NCBI RefSeq assembly: GCF_009914755.1
Contig: NC_060941.1
Direction: 5' to 3' (one strand)
DNA length: 64,000 nucleotides
Source of the DNA: the human T2T-CHM13v2.0 reference genome, Homo sapiens
This document shows, one piece after another, positions 1-16,273 of this stretch; the first letter of the stretch is position 1, and each line of letters starts with the position of its first letter. Both the position numbers and the translations under genes were made by a program. The notes under the pieces are model-generated. The model was not told the DNA's origin. It searched no databases and saw nothing but the letters and a program-made list of their open reading frames with translations.

Positions 1-460
1 ATCACTTAATAGATAGCACAGCAAATGGCCCATGTATGGAGAGCGAACACATGTGAAGTGGATTGAAAATGGCTTTCTTTCTTACTCCTTGCATCAGCTA
101 TTCATTTTCTCCTTACTAAATGCCCTAGGCCAGCGCTAACGAAATTAAATTTGACAGGGATAAATGTGAAGTCCTTAGCGCCAAGCATTCTACTCCACAA
201 AAACAGATTCGGGGGAGGTGAGGCAACTTTTGTGAAAAAAAAATCCTAGGAGACCGAGTCAACAGCGATACCCAGTCCCATTAACAGAAGCATGGAGTCC
301 AGAGAAGAGAAGAAAGTGCCAATGTGGTTTGAGCTGGTCAGACCCAGCCTGAACGTTGGGTTTGGTGGTGGAGCTGTGCCTCCAGGCACCAAGAGTTGGG
401 AACAAGCCCAGAGGAGGGAGCCAGGGAGAAGGCACTTGAAACCGCCAGTAAAAAAATGGT

Positions 461-798
<338 letters not shown>

Positions 799-904
799 TT
801 AGGATGTTTAGGGGAAATATCCCAGATTCTTGGCTCTAGGGACAGAGAACAATCTCATTCACTCTCCACGGGGCTGAAGACAGCTTGTGCCCTTCTCCAC
901 CGCC

Positions 905-1415
905 TCGTTAGTAATAGCTGGAAACAACAGGTGTCCCTCCGTGGGTGAAAGATGAAACAAACAATGCAGCATCCATGCCGCAGAATTCCGCTCAGAAATA
1001 ACACGGAGCAAACTACCGATACGCATGACAGCTTGGATGAATCCTTAGGGGGTTAGGCTGAGTGAGAACAGCCGGTCCCCAAAGCTTACATGCTGTATCA
1101 TTCCATTTGTAGGAGAGTCTCAAAATGACAAAACTATTGACATGGAGAACATGTTCCTGGATGCCTTGGGTCAGGGAGGGGACGGGCAGGAGGGCTTGGG
1201 TGGGGCTGTGCGAGGGCAGCGTGGGGACTCCTTGCAGTGACCAAGTGTTCTGTATCCTGACTGTCAATGTCAGCGTCCTGGTTGTGATATTGCACTACAG
1301 TTTTGCACGATGTTGTCATGGGGAGAAGCTGAGTATAAAGGGTAGGTGTTCCAGTATTATTTCTTACAACTGCATGTGACTCTACAATTATTTCAAGACA
1401 AGTGTAATTTTTTTT
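905..1415 (+). mobile_element. Old L1 (L1MC/MD-like) 3' end fragment
   Basis: Degenerate L1M 3'UTR motifs (aaatgacaaaactat..., tatttcttacaactgcatgtgactctacaattat). Confidence 0.65.
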
Positions 1416-2884
1416 AAGATGGGCAGAACCCCACGCGTATATACGTGGAAGGGTGTGCCCACGAAGGAGCATCTGAGAAGACACACGGTGGACTTAGCAG
1501 CCTGCCGCTGCAGAGCAAATCGGGAAAGAGGGACTCCTTTTTCTTTTTCAACCTCTTATTGCCACTGGTCCCACCATGCATGTGTGACTTGGTGATTTTG
1601 CTTAGACCTATGAAGTAGCCCAAAAAAAGGTGTGTGGGGAAGGGGAGGAACAGCAAAGAGCTTGGTCTCACCCACCCACAGCTGGCAAAATGCCTACTCC
1701 AGGTCTCCAGGAACATTCTGAGCCTGCCATGGGAGAGCCAGGAGTGAGAGGGGATGTAGCCGGCCCACTCTGGCCTTTGTGTCCCCACCCCACCACCCTG
1801 AGGCCAGCCTGTCTTGGAGTTCCTTCCTCTTGCTCACAAACCCTCATGGTTCTCCACCAATTCAGCCACTCATGAAGGAGCGAGGGTGGGTCATTTCTAG
1901 ATCCAACAGCAGCAACCCCCCAACTCTGAGCCACCACCATGGGCCCGGAATCACCCTAAGTGCCTTTCAAGTATGACGTGGTGTAATTCTCCTAAGATCC
2001 CCAGGATATAAGGGCTGTGGCTCTGCCCATTCTACAGATGAGGAGACCGAGGAGTTAATAACTACGTTGTTCATGCTGGATCCTATGCAGAGGACACTCC
2101 TAGCATCACCTCTGAGACCCTCCCTCTGCCTCCCCACCATCCTGCCCCCCACCGCTGGCCCCCAGGGCCCATGGACCTTCAGGAATCAGGGTTGTCACTG
2201 AACACTCCAGCTCCTTGGAGGCAGCAGCTGAAGGGGCCCAATGGAGGAAAGAGCTTGGGGACGGCAGCTGGTAATCAGCTTCTTGGTGACCAGGTAGAAG
2301 GGCAGCGTGCTCCCAGCTCGCCAGGGACCTCTCCTGGTTGGAAGCATGAGAGGTGGACGTGCACCCGGACCCTGCCGCCAGGACTGTGCTCCTGACTGAC
2401 TGAGGCAACAGGGGGCGCTTGCAGCCGCTGCAGGAAAGGAATTGGCCCCAGGTGGAAACTGCTCCTTTGGTGTCAAGATGAGCTTGTGGCTCCCAGGCTG
2501 CAGGAGCAGGGGGGCTGACCCGGGGGAAGGGGTTGTCTGACATGGATAGGACGTGGCGGCAACACCCTGTGCCCCTGGCAACCAATGTCCAGTTCTGTGG
2601 TGGCCATTCTCAGACTTCAGGGTAGCAGAGGACTAGGAGAGCAGGGCAGAAGATTCTGGAAGGGAGGATTGGCCTGTCCTACATTACGAAGCTACCCAGG
2701 GGTCTGGCCCCCCACCCCATGAGAGCCACTTCTCAGAGTAGGGAGGAAGAAACCAAGCAGATGATGGTCTCAGCCCTTCTGGAAGTTTCTCTTGCTCCAT
2801 CCTCTCTTCCCTCAACCGCATTGAGTGAGGGGATTGGAATCTGCACCAGCTGTGTACCTGAGGAAGGAGTCACCATAACTGTGG

Positions 2885-3621
<737 letters not shown>

Positions 3622-3994
3622 TGTTTTTTATTTTTTTCAAGATGCGGCTAAGAGTCCCTTGGGTAGAGGGATCCGACCTCCTGCTTGCCCCGGGCAGCTC
3701 TGCATGGCACCTCTTGTCTCAATGGTTATTCATGCCGGGTCCCATTACTCTCACGTGCGTCCACCCTTGGACCATAACTAGGGTCACCTTTGGGGCATAT
3801 CTCTCCCGGTGTAGCCATTCTCTGTGTGTCTCTCCCGTGCCCCCACCAGACTGGAACGCTGGAGCCTGCCTTTCTTCTCTGTCTGTCCCCAGGACCTGCA
3901 CAGAGGCTCACACACATGGCAACCGTGTCTGGAGTGAACGGATGAGTGAACCCAGACAGCATTTACAGTGTTCTTTTCCTCTCGTTCCTTCCAG

Positions 3995-4078
3995 GGATCT
4001 ATAAAGGGCACTGCTTCCGGATCAATCACTTCCCAGAGGACAATGACTACGACCACGACAGCTCGGAGTACCTCCTCC
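3995..4078 (+). CDS. CACNG4: CACNG4 (TARP gamma-4) coding exon 2, 84 nt
   Basis: Polypyrimidine tract + ccag|GG acceptor and C|gtgagt donor. Encodes (G)[27 protein letters not shown](R), the TARP first extracellular loop. Confidence 0.97.
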
Positions 4079-5236
4079 GTGAGTGTCAGGAGGCCTGGAC
4101 TCTCTTTCTGTGGGGAGGCGGAAGGGTGGGGGAAGGCGGCCGGAGGAAAGAGAGACACTGGGCATGGAGAGGGTGATTGTCTTGGGATGGTCCACTCACT
4201 GTCTTACTTATTCAGACATTGTGAGTTTGGAGGATGGAGTTTTGCTCATCACTGCCATGACATACTGGGTATCTCAATGCGGTTATTTGGCTGAGAGGCC
4301 TGTACCCTGGGGAGATGGGCCTGTGCCCTGGGGAGAGAGACCTGAGCAGAAAGCCTGCTGGGCATGGCAGGCTTCAAAGTTACTGACTGGCTGGAGCTGG
4401 GGCTGGAGCAAGGAAGGTTAAAGATATAGGCTCTGCCCAGGCTGGGCCTCCCTGAGGGGTGTGGCTCTCTAAGCACAATGGGGCCTCCCCACCCTCTCCT
4501 GCATACTCTCTTCCATTCCAGTCTTGAAAAATCAGATACAGTCACACACCAAGACAGCCTCTTGGGGTGCTGGGAGACCCAGGGGAGAAGGCGAGGAAGG
4601 TGCCAGGGAGCAGCCTCTGATATATGGTCCTGAAGTCTTTTCAGCACCGCCTCTGCCCATGGGAGCCCCCACCTGCTCCTGGGTCCAGTGACTGCATGTG
4701 GCCCGCAGACTGAAGCCCGGAAGTCACAGCACAAGCTCAATCCCAAATGACAAACCCAGCCCCCACACTAAGTCCAGATCTCATCCCTGGGCCTGTGAAT
4801 ACCTCCCTGGCAGCAGCCAGGGAGGAGCCTGCAAATAGAAAAATTGCACCATTTTGGAGTCATTTTCCCCTTTCACATTAACCAAGACACACAAAGAGCA
4901 GCTCACAGCAGCACCCCTGGGGCTCAGACCCAGCCTTGTTGATGGAGAATCAATACCAGCATCCTCAGAGAGAGCACAATTCACTCTGCACCTGCTTATG
5001 GATCGTTTTTTCTAAGAGAAAGGATTTTGATTCTGAGTCATCTGGTGAAATAGAACAGCACGCGGTTCCCATAGAGCCTGGGGCAGTGTCAGGCTGCTGC
5101 GACCAGGCCCAGAACATGAACTAATTTGGCCACCGCTCTGCCTCCCATCCTTCCTCCCTCACCTCCTCCTCCTCCTGTCTATGCTCTCGTTCTGCTTACC
5201 GGGGGCCCACACTGAACCAAGCAAATGAGATTTCCA

Positions 5237-5367
5237 CAGGGCCGCCAGAGATGGTTGTGCAGGTTGCACACTGCACAACTCAAGGGATGTCACCTGCATA
5301 AATTATGGTATGAACATCCTTCCAGTTGTACAGTGCACGTCTGCACAACCAGCCACAGAGGCCCTTG
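5237..5367. mobile_element. Palindromic hAT MITE (MER91-like)
   Basis: CAGGGCCGCC...GGCCCTTG termini; internal inverted arms GGTTGTGCAG..TGCACAACT / AGTTGTACAGTGCAC..CTGCACAACC. Confidence 0.75.
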
Positions 5368-5699
5368 GTGCTCAGCCTAGCTGGGATGGCTCAGTTGAAA
5401 ATCAGCCCCAACTCAGAATCTGCCTTTCTCTGCCCAATCCAGGGCAATCAGGTGGTTCTTAAAGCTCTGGGGGCAGATGTGCCCATGGCCCAACCCTGGG
5501 ACTGTAAGGAAAGAGGCATTAGAGAAACAAACCGTTCCCTCTCCATTTCCCACTGGAGCTCCCCTGAGGTTATGGGCGTTGGTGCTGGTTGTTCTTTACT
5601 CGCCTGTCTCTGTCCCATTCATGGTCCCGGAGTGCTGGGGTCTCTTTATGGATTGGCTTCAAGATGCAGAAGCCCAGAGGTCACCCCACATGGCTTCCC

Positions 5700-6130
5700 A
5701 ATCTCCCAGCAGGAAGTAGATGTTACAGTCAAACAGGATGAATGAAGGATGTTTACGGAAGGACTATTTACAAAGGTGCGGGTGAGGTTAAGGGAAACCC
5801 ACAAGGGCTGGAGAGCACCCCGGGGCCAGCAATAGCCGGGAGCCCTTACCCTCCTCAGCCTGGATAGGTGAGGGGGGCAGGCATGGGAGCCTGGAGGAGG
5901 GAGCAGTAGGGACAGGGCTGCCTGGCAGGAGCTGCGGCTGTTGGGAAGCAATGCCACCCCTTCACCTGCAGCTGGGCAGAACTCCCTCGCCGAGACCCTT
6001 CTCCAAAAGCCAGAGGCGGAAGCCCGAGGATTTGGTCCACACAGTCAGCTTGGCCCAGGGCAGGATGGAGTGAGGATCTGGAAGAGCAAGAAAAACAAAA
6101 ACGAGTGAGCTGTTCCAGCTCCTCTGGGGA
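5700..6130. mobile_element. Degenerate ERVL-type LTR (LTR41/LTR67-like)
   Basis: Motif ggactatttacaaaggtgcgggtgaggttaagggaaacc resembles recalled ERVL LTR consensus; boundaries rough. Confidence 0.4.
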
Positions 6131-6727
6131 GGGCGCAAGGCGGGGAGGGCTGCAGAGTGATTTTCCCAGATATAATGATGGTGACAGCACAACCGCAATT
6201 AGAGCTCATTGGGGAAGGCCATGTTCTCCTTAAGCGTACGCTGTGGGGAAAGCAGCCAGGTTCATTAACAAGCTCAGAGATGCACATGGAAGAGACAGCT
6301 TGACGGCTTTCGGGCCTGTGGTCTCTGCTGCTGGCAGAAGTCAGGGCGGGGTGGGGCTGAACTGACTTCCCAACAGGGAGGTGTTTTTCCACTCGGTGGC
6401 TGCAGAAACAGGGATATCTGGCCCTAAAACCAAGCTCTGCATGTGTCTTTGATCATCCTTTTATCTCCAGAGTGCAGGTGCCTGTGAGCTTGAAGCCGGA
6501 GGGGCTGAGCAACTTTCAGAGACAGGCCAAGGTCATGATCACCACAGACAACTGGCATGTGTTTCCAGGGCCACCCTGATTTCTAATATTTTGTCTTCTG
6601 GTCCCTGTCCAGACTATGGCTCCTCAAAATATGTAGAAGCACAGGAGGGAGGTCTCTGGCGGCTGATATTTGCAAGAAGTGAGGGTTCATGAGAGTTCGT
6701 TTATTCATTCATTTAACAAGTTATTGC

Positions 6728-7021
6728 AGCCAGATGCAGTGGTTCACTCCTGTAATCCCAGCACTTTGAGAGGCCAAGGCGTGAAGATCGCTTGAGGTTA
6801 GGAGTTCCAGCTTGGTCAACATAGTGAGACCTCATCTTTACAAAAAATAAAAATAAATTAGCCAGAAGTGATGGCACATGCCTCCAGTCCCAGCTATTCA
6901 GGAGGCTAAGGTGGGCGGATCATTTGAGCCGAGGAAGTTGAGGCTGCAGTGAGCCACGATCGTGCCACTGCACTCCAGCCTGCATGACAGAGCAAGACCC
7001 CATCTTAAAAAAAAAAAAAAA
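6728..7021 (+). mobile_element. AluJ SINE
   Basis: Diverged dimeric Alu with A tail. Confidence 0.93.
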
Positions 7022-7883
7022 GTTATTGTGGGCCTGCTATGTACCAGGCACTGTATTAGACATGTGGAGTACAGCAGCAAAGAAAACAGGGCTCTGCCCT
7101 CCGGGTGGAGAATGGGTGTTTTGGAGAAGGCAGCAGAAGCTTCCATGGTGGGGCTGCCTGCAGGATGCCTGTTTCAGGCCAGCTCATCTGCGTGGGCGTG
7201 GAGCACCAACCCTGGTAGATCCAAGGCTGCGCTGCTCCCACCCAGTCTTTGACAATTCAAGAAGGAACTCCGCCCCGAGCCATGCTTTCTGAAGCCTTCC
7301 ACAGAAGCTGGGCTTGTGTTGTTTGTTGCAGAGCCCCCTGAAGGCCTCTGAGCTCTTACGATGTCACTGCTGATTTGCAGGTTCACAGCCCAAGATTTGA
7401 GGGGGTCACCACCCCACATCCTGCCTACCTTCTCTTCCACAGGCTCTGCTGGTCCCAGGGCTTCCTGCCCACCTTGCCCTGGGCCTGGTGCCCCTCTCCA
7501 AGTCTGCATTTCCAGTTAGGTGGATAACTTCTGTGCCAGGCCGCAGGGGGCTGGTGTCAGGGCTGCTGGGAGTCCACAGTGTGCCCGGGGGTGAGTTAGA
7601 AGGAAGTGTCTTGTCTCCTGGCAGATGCAGATCCTCTGCCAGGGCTTGATATGGCCAGCAGGGCACGGGCTGGACTTCAGCCTCACTCATCCCTCCACCC
7701 CTTAGCCACCTGCGCTGTGCCCGACCTGCACCACTGTCCGTGGCAATCCCAGCTGGCATCTGCACATCCACAGCTCAGGAATGAGTCTGTGTGGCAAGGC
7801 ATAGGTGCTTGTGTGACTTATCTGGGCAGGATGGATGGCTCTGAGCCAAGCCTGGGCATCCAGTGATCTTAGAGCAACTGGGC

Positions 7884-8152
7884 TTTTTTTTTTTTTTTTT
7901 AAGACGGAGTCTCGCTCTGCTGCCTAGGCTGGAGTGCAGTGGCGCGATCTTGGCTCACTGTAACCTCTGCTCCCGGGTTCAGGCGATTCTTGTGCCTCAG
8001 CCTCCTGAATCGCTGGGATTACAGGCACTCGCCACTATACCCAGCTGATTTTTCTATTTTTAGTGGAGACTGGGTTTCACAATGTTGGCCAGGCTGGTCT
8101 CAAACTCCTGACCTCAAGTGATCCACTCACCTCGGGCTCCCAAAGTGCTGGA
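7884..8152 (-). mobile_element. AluS SINE, slightly 5'-truncated
   Basis: Reverse Alu consensus. Confidence 0.93.
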
Positions 8153-8737
8153 TGGACTTCCTTCTTTCGGATTCCTCTGACCTGTCTGCAGAACGAGGGC
8201 ATTGAGGGGATGACTGACCTCAACTTTTCTGGCCAGCACAGCTCAGAGGCACATTTCAGAAACACAGGAAACTTCATCCCAGAGCCCGCTGCTGCCAGAA
8301 GGCAGAGAGGAATCGGAGAGGAGGAGGCACCGGAGAGAAGAACTGCATTTAATGCCCCCAGACAATCTCCTCTCTGTGAAGCAGGGACACACACTGATGC
8401 GTTCACAAAAAAGGAGACAAACCCTGCCTTCAGAGGAGAGGCTGACAGCCCTGAAACCCGCTCAGCTGGCTGGGGAGGGTGGCGCCTGCCAGTGCGGCCC
8501 GACTCACTGTCCCCTGCGGGGGCCACCAAGGGTCCATGCAGCCGAGATTTCTACGGGGCTGGGAGACAGCAGGTGCTTGGGAAAGGCCGAGCTCTGGGCT
8601 TTCCTTTCCCAAGCCTTGCTTCCCTCCCTCTCGCCTTCCTCCCAGCCCAGATGCTAAGGGAGGGGCACCCTAAGCCCCTACTGGGTGCTTGACATTTTCT
8701 CACAGTAACCCTCCAATGGGGCATGTTCATCTCCCAA

Positions 8738-9775
<1,038 letters not shown>

Positions 9776-10668
9776 GTAGATGTTACTATTCCCAAGTTAT
9801 AAAAGGGGACTGAGGTGGTCACCAAAGTCAGCTGTCCCCGGTCAGCTAGTCAGTGGCAGAGCGAGGTTAGTCAGTGGCAGAGCCCTGGTGTCAGGGCTAC
9901 AAAGGTGGTTCTGTGGACACTGTGGGTCACGAGCATCCCTCTCGGCCCAGCCACACCTCCCCTGCGACTTCAGGCCGGTTTTGAGGTCCCACATCCTTGT
10001 CTATCACCTAGGGGCTGATGATGATGATGATGATCAAGGTATAGAATGGCCAGGCCCAGTGCTATGCACCTTACATGTACAAAACCAAGCACATGTGTAG
10101 GACACTGGTGCTATGAGGAACCTCATTCCACAGATGGGAAGCTGAGTTTTGGAGAGGGAAAGTGACTTGGCCAAGGCTACACAGCCAGCATGCCACAGCA
10201 GGGCCCACGCCCAGACCCACCTAATGCCGATGCGTGTGCTCTCAACCACTGACCAGGGCCACCCTTTGTGGACACTGCTTCCCAGCCTTCCAGGGGCTTC
10301 ACGGAGACTGCGTTCATGCAAGGGCTTAGGGGGCTGTGCAGTGCCACAAAAATGTGATGCGGTTTGTTGCTTTCATGGCTGTTACTCTGGTCTCCCTGGT
10401 GCCCACTCCCAGGGAGAGACTAAACAAGAGGTAGACAGATGTGACTCCAGGGTGAAGGGCAGGCCCGGAGCCCCCACTTGCATCTGATCCAATGGCCCTG
10501 AGCCTCCCCAGGCACTGGCCCACCTCGAGTCTCCAGGTCCTGATGGGAATCTCAAATCCTGGGGAAGGGCCTGGAGCTGCAAGGTTCCTGGGAGACATAC
10601 GCAGCCATGCCCGGGAGGGCACCTGATCTCACTGCCCTCTGCTTTGTGCCCCCCACCTCCCCGGCCAG

Positions 10669-10809
10669 GCATCGTGCGAGCCTCCAGCGTCTTCCCCATC
10701 CTCAGCACCATCCTGCTCCTGCTGGGTGGCCTGTGCATCGGTGCTGGCAGGATCTACAGCCGCAAGAACAACATCGTCCTCAGTGCCGGCATCCTCTTCG
10801 TGGCTGCAG
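10669..10809 (+). CDS. CACNG4: CACNG4 coding exon 3, 141 nt
   Basis: ccag|GC acceptor and G|gtgagc donor. Encodes [46 protein letters not shown] (TM2-TM3), in frame with exons 2 and 4. Confidence 0.97.
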
Positions 10810-10964
10810 GTGAGCCGCCCGCCCGGGCTGGTGCTGGGCCGGGAGCTGGGGACACAGGAGTGCCTGTCTCGTGTGGTCCCCACTGCCAGGCAGTGTGCAT
10901 CCTAGAGGGGAATGCAGACATAACATCGCCACATGCAACTGACTTGTAAAGTCCCAATGTTCAG

Positions 10965-11135
10965 GACTGGGGGTGGATGGAGAATGGGGAGCAGCTGCCA
11001 AACAGAGCTTCCTTTTGGGGTGACAGAAATGTTTTGGATGCTTGCACAACATTTTGAATGCGCCAAAAGCCACTGGATTGTGCCCTTCAAAAGGGTTACT
11101 TTTATCTTGCATGAATTTCACCTCAACCGGAAAAT
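10965..11135 (+). mobile_element. Old L1M 3' terminal fragment
   Basis: ttttggggtgacagaaatgttttgga...gaatttcacctcaa matches the L1M terminal motif. Confidence 0.6.
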
Positions 11136-11764
11136 AAGTCCAGGTGTGCAAAGTGGTGGGTGGGGTTCAGCTGGCAGTTTTACAAGCCTGTGACAGGAGC
11201 CTGGCTGGGTCAGGCGGTCAGGGAGGTGCCCACGGGAATCATGCCAAAACTCGAAGGAGTTGGCCAGGTAAAGACAGGGCGAGGGCCCGGAATGGGCATG
11301 AGTGGCCGTCTTGCAGAGGAAGCAGAAGTCCAGGGTGCCCTGGGAAGAGTGAGCGGGGAAGCTCGGCAGAGCAGGCGGCCCCCGCCCATCCCGACTGCCC
11401 CAACCCTCCTGGCTACAAGAAGGCAGCAGCACCTCAGAGCCATGCCCGATGTCCCCGGAAAGTGCCATCGGGGAATAGCCACAGAGCTGTGGGTGACAGT
11501 GACATGCCACCTTGGCTGAAGATGGGCAGGCCTGGCGTGGTGCCGCACACGTGGGCCTCCCAGAGCACCCTTGTCCTGTCCTGCATTCCCTCGCCCTTTC
11601 TCCTGGAGAGGGTAGATGACTTCCGTTCACATCCTGGGACCCGCAGCCACTGCAGCCTTAGAGGGGCTGGCTCCAGCTCTGCAGCCGCCATTGGGGAGCC
11701 AAGGTGCCGGGCCCCGGTTCTACACCATTCCAGCATCTGTTTCCTTCCAGCGCAATAAATAGAC

Positions 11765-12615
11765 GTGTGTGTGGAGTGCGTGCATCTGCGAGTGATCTGT
11801 GGGGCCTGTACATGTGTCAGGAGTGTGGTGTGTGTATGTGTTTGAGAACTGTGATTGTGTGTGTGGTGTATGTGTGTGTTTGAGGACTGTGGTGTGTTTG
11901 TGTGTGTGAAGAGTGTGGGATGTGTGTGTGTATTTGAGGACTGTGGTGTGTTTGTGTGTGTGAGGAGTGTGGTGTGTTTGTGTGTGAGGAGTGTGGTGTG
12001 TGTGTTTGAGGACTGTGGTGTGTTTGTGTGTGTGAAGAGTGTGGTGTGTATATTTGGGGACTATGGTGTTTGTGTGTGCGAGGAGTGTGGTGTGTTTGTG
12101 CGTGTTAAGAGTGTGGTGTGTGTGTGTATTTGAGGACTGGTGGGTTTGTGTGTGTGAGCATGGTGTGTGTGTATTTGAGGAATGTGGTGTGTGTGTGTAT
12201 TTGAGGACTGGTGGGTTTGTGTGTGTGAGCATGGTGTGTGTGTATTTGAGGAATGTGGTGTATGTGTGTGTATTTGAGGACTGTGGGGTGTGTCTGTATT
12301 TGAGGAATGTGGTGTATGTGTGTGTATTTGAGGACTGTGGGGTGTGTATGTATTTGAGGACTGTGGTGTGTGTGTGAGGACTATGGTGTGTGTGTGTGTC
12401 TGAGGAGTGTGGTGTGTGTATTTGAGGACTGTGGTGTGTGTGTGTCTGAGACGTGTAGTGTGCGTGTGTGTATTTGAGGACTGTGGTGTGTGTGTGTGAG
12501 GACTATGGTATATGTGTGTCTGAGGAGTGTGTGTTGAGGACTGTGGTGTGTTTGTGTGTGTGAGGACTATGGTGTGTGTGAGGAGTGTGGTGTGTGTGTG
12601 CACATGTGTGTGTGT
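11765..12615 (+). repeat. GT-rich minisatellite (~20-26 nt unit GAGGACTGTGGTGTGTGTGTGTATTT) in CACNG4 intron 3
   Basis: Directly visible degenerate tandem array of ~850 bp. Confidence 0.95.
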
Positions 12616-13552
12616 TGGGAAGAGGAGCCTGTGTTGAGGGTCTCCTGGGAGAAGCATGAACCTCCCTCCTGGACAGGTCCCCCCGCCCTTCCCTTCTTCC
12701 CCCCACCTCCTTTCTCTCTCTCCTGCCCCAGTGCCCGCCACCTGCTCCTTGAAGCAGTCATTTTTCAAAAGGTGTGAGCCGTTTAGGAGGTCCCGGCTGT
12801 GACCCCTCAACACTGCCCCAGAGCGTCCTCCCCACGGCAGGGAGAGAATACTCCAGTCACATCAGAAACCACAGTGGCCATGCCAGCGCTCTGTGAGCCC
12901 AACCCCACCATCCCTGCTCCTGCGGAGGAGGCACACAGGCGGTCCAGCAGCTCAGGTGGCTTCCTTGAAGTCACACGCACAGTGGCAAAGACATGCTGTG
13001 CCCAGGGCTGCCAGCCTCCAAAGCCCTTCGAGGTGCCCCCTGCAGCTGCCCGTGCCCCCAGGAGGAGCCGTTTCAAAGGCAGGCCCAGATGCTTGGTGCC
13101 ACCAGAGGGGCTTGGAGCCTGGACCCAGAGCCCTAGCCGAAGAAAATGAGTCCAGGCAGAGAAGGTGGCCGCGGCTGGCTGCAAGGAAGCAATGGGGAGG
13201 CCAGCAAGGGGACATTGGCTTATTCCCTGGCGCATGGGGCACTGATGGGGACTGAGCAGGGCAGCAGGCACTGAGTCATGTGTGGGGCCTGGCTTCAGGC
13301 CACCAGCCCTAGCAGGGAGGTCTGACAGGCTCTTAAAGAACTCGAGGTGGAAAATGGTAGGTGCCACAGGAGAGGGACAGTTTCCAAGGCTGGGAAAGTC
13401 AGAAGAAGACACAAGACTTCTCTGGGAAACTGGAATTCATGGAGTTGTTATTTAAGAAACCCTTTTCCAACTCGTGCTGAATACAGAGAGGGGAAGAAAA
13501 CACAAAGCTAGGGAAGCAGCAAGAGAGAGATCAGAGGGGAGACAGGTGAACT

Positions 13553-14478
<926 letters not shown>

Positions 14479-14769
14479 TCACACCAGCCCAGTGAGGTGT
14501 GGACCACAGTTACTCCCACTTTACAGATGAGACTGACGCATAAGGAGTGGGAGTAATTTGCCAAAAGTCACACACTGGTATTTGGTAGAACCAGAACTCA
14601 AACCCCACCAGTGTGGCTCTGTTCAACCTCCCTTAGAATAAGAGAGAATTGGATAAACACAACAATGGCTATTTTTCACTTCCCATATTGGCAAAGAACC
14701 AGAAGTCTGATAATATTCATGATAGGCTGTTGGGACATTTGTACCCTTACAGAGGGCACTTAGTGACTA

Positions 14770-15683
<914 letters not shown>

Positions 15684-16273
15684 TCACTGCAAGGAATGCA
15701 CCCCGTAGTTGTACCCATGTGCACATGTGAGGCTGTAGACACAAGGGTGTCCAAGGCAACCTTGTCACAGCAGAGGGCAGGGAGCACCCAGACATCTCCC
15801 GTAAAGGCCTGGTTAGGTGGGTCGTGAGACTTCTGTATGGCGGTGCCGCACGTAGTTAGAAAGACAGGGATGGCTCTCCATGTTCTGATTCAGAACCGTC
15901 TCTCAGATGTACTGTTAAGAGAAAAACTAAGCAGCCAGAGTACTGTGCAAAGGAAATAATAGGGGGGTGTGTGTGTGTGTGAAGAGAGAAATTTTTTTTC
16001 TGGAAGGACATACGAAAGAAGACAACAGTAGTTGCCTTAAAGAGGGGAACTGGGGGCTGAGAGTGTGTTTTATTGTATACCTCATTTGAACTTTGTACTC
16101 TATTACCCATTCAACATTAATTACTGAAAAGAAAAATTAGCAACCAGAATAAAGAAATACTCATCAGAGAGGGGAGTGTCCACCTGTTCCCTACACTGCC
16201 CGTCCCGCTGTGGGTCTAACCTCTGCCTCTCTCCCTCCCTGGCCCCGCTCCCCGCTCCCCGCTTCCCTTTCAG

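Noticed and set aside
4640-4660. TTCAGCACC as a REST/RE1 site
   Set aside because: Left half-site only; no GGACAG right half at the proper spacing.
5700-7550. Antisense lncRNA within CACNG4 intron 2
   Set aside because: Vague recollection of an annotated transcript in this area, but no promoter or exon structure I can support from sequence.
8063-8692. 209-aa ORF in CACNG4 intron 2 (likewise 27516-28157, 32034-32666, 39005-39640)
   Set aside because: Several begin in or span repeats; none shows homology I can recognise or supporting exon structure.
11720-12813. Long HT/CV-rich ORFs (also 40259-40955)
   Set aside because: Translations of GT/CA low-complexity arrays.
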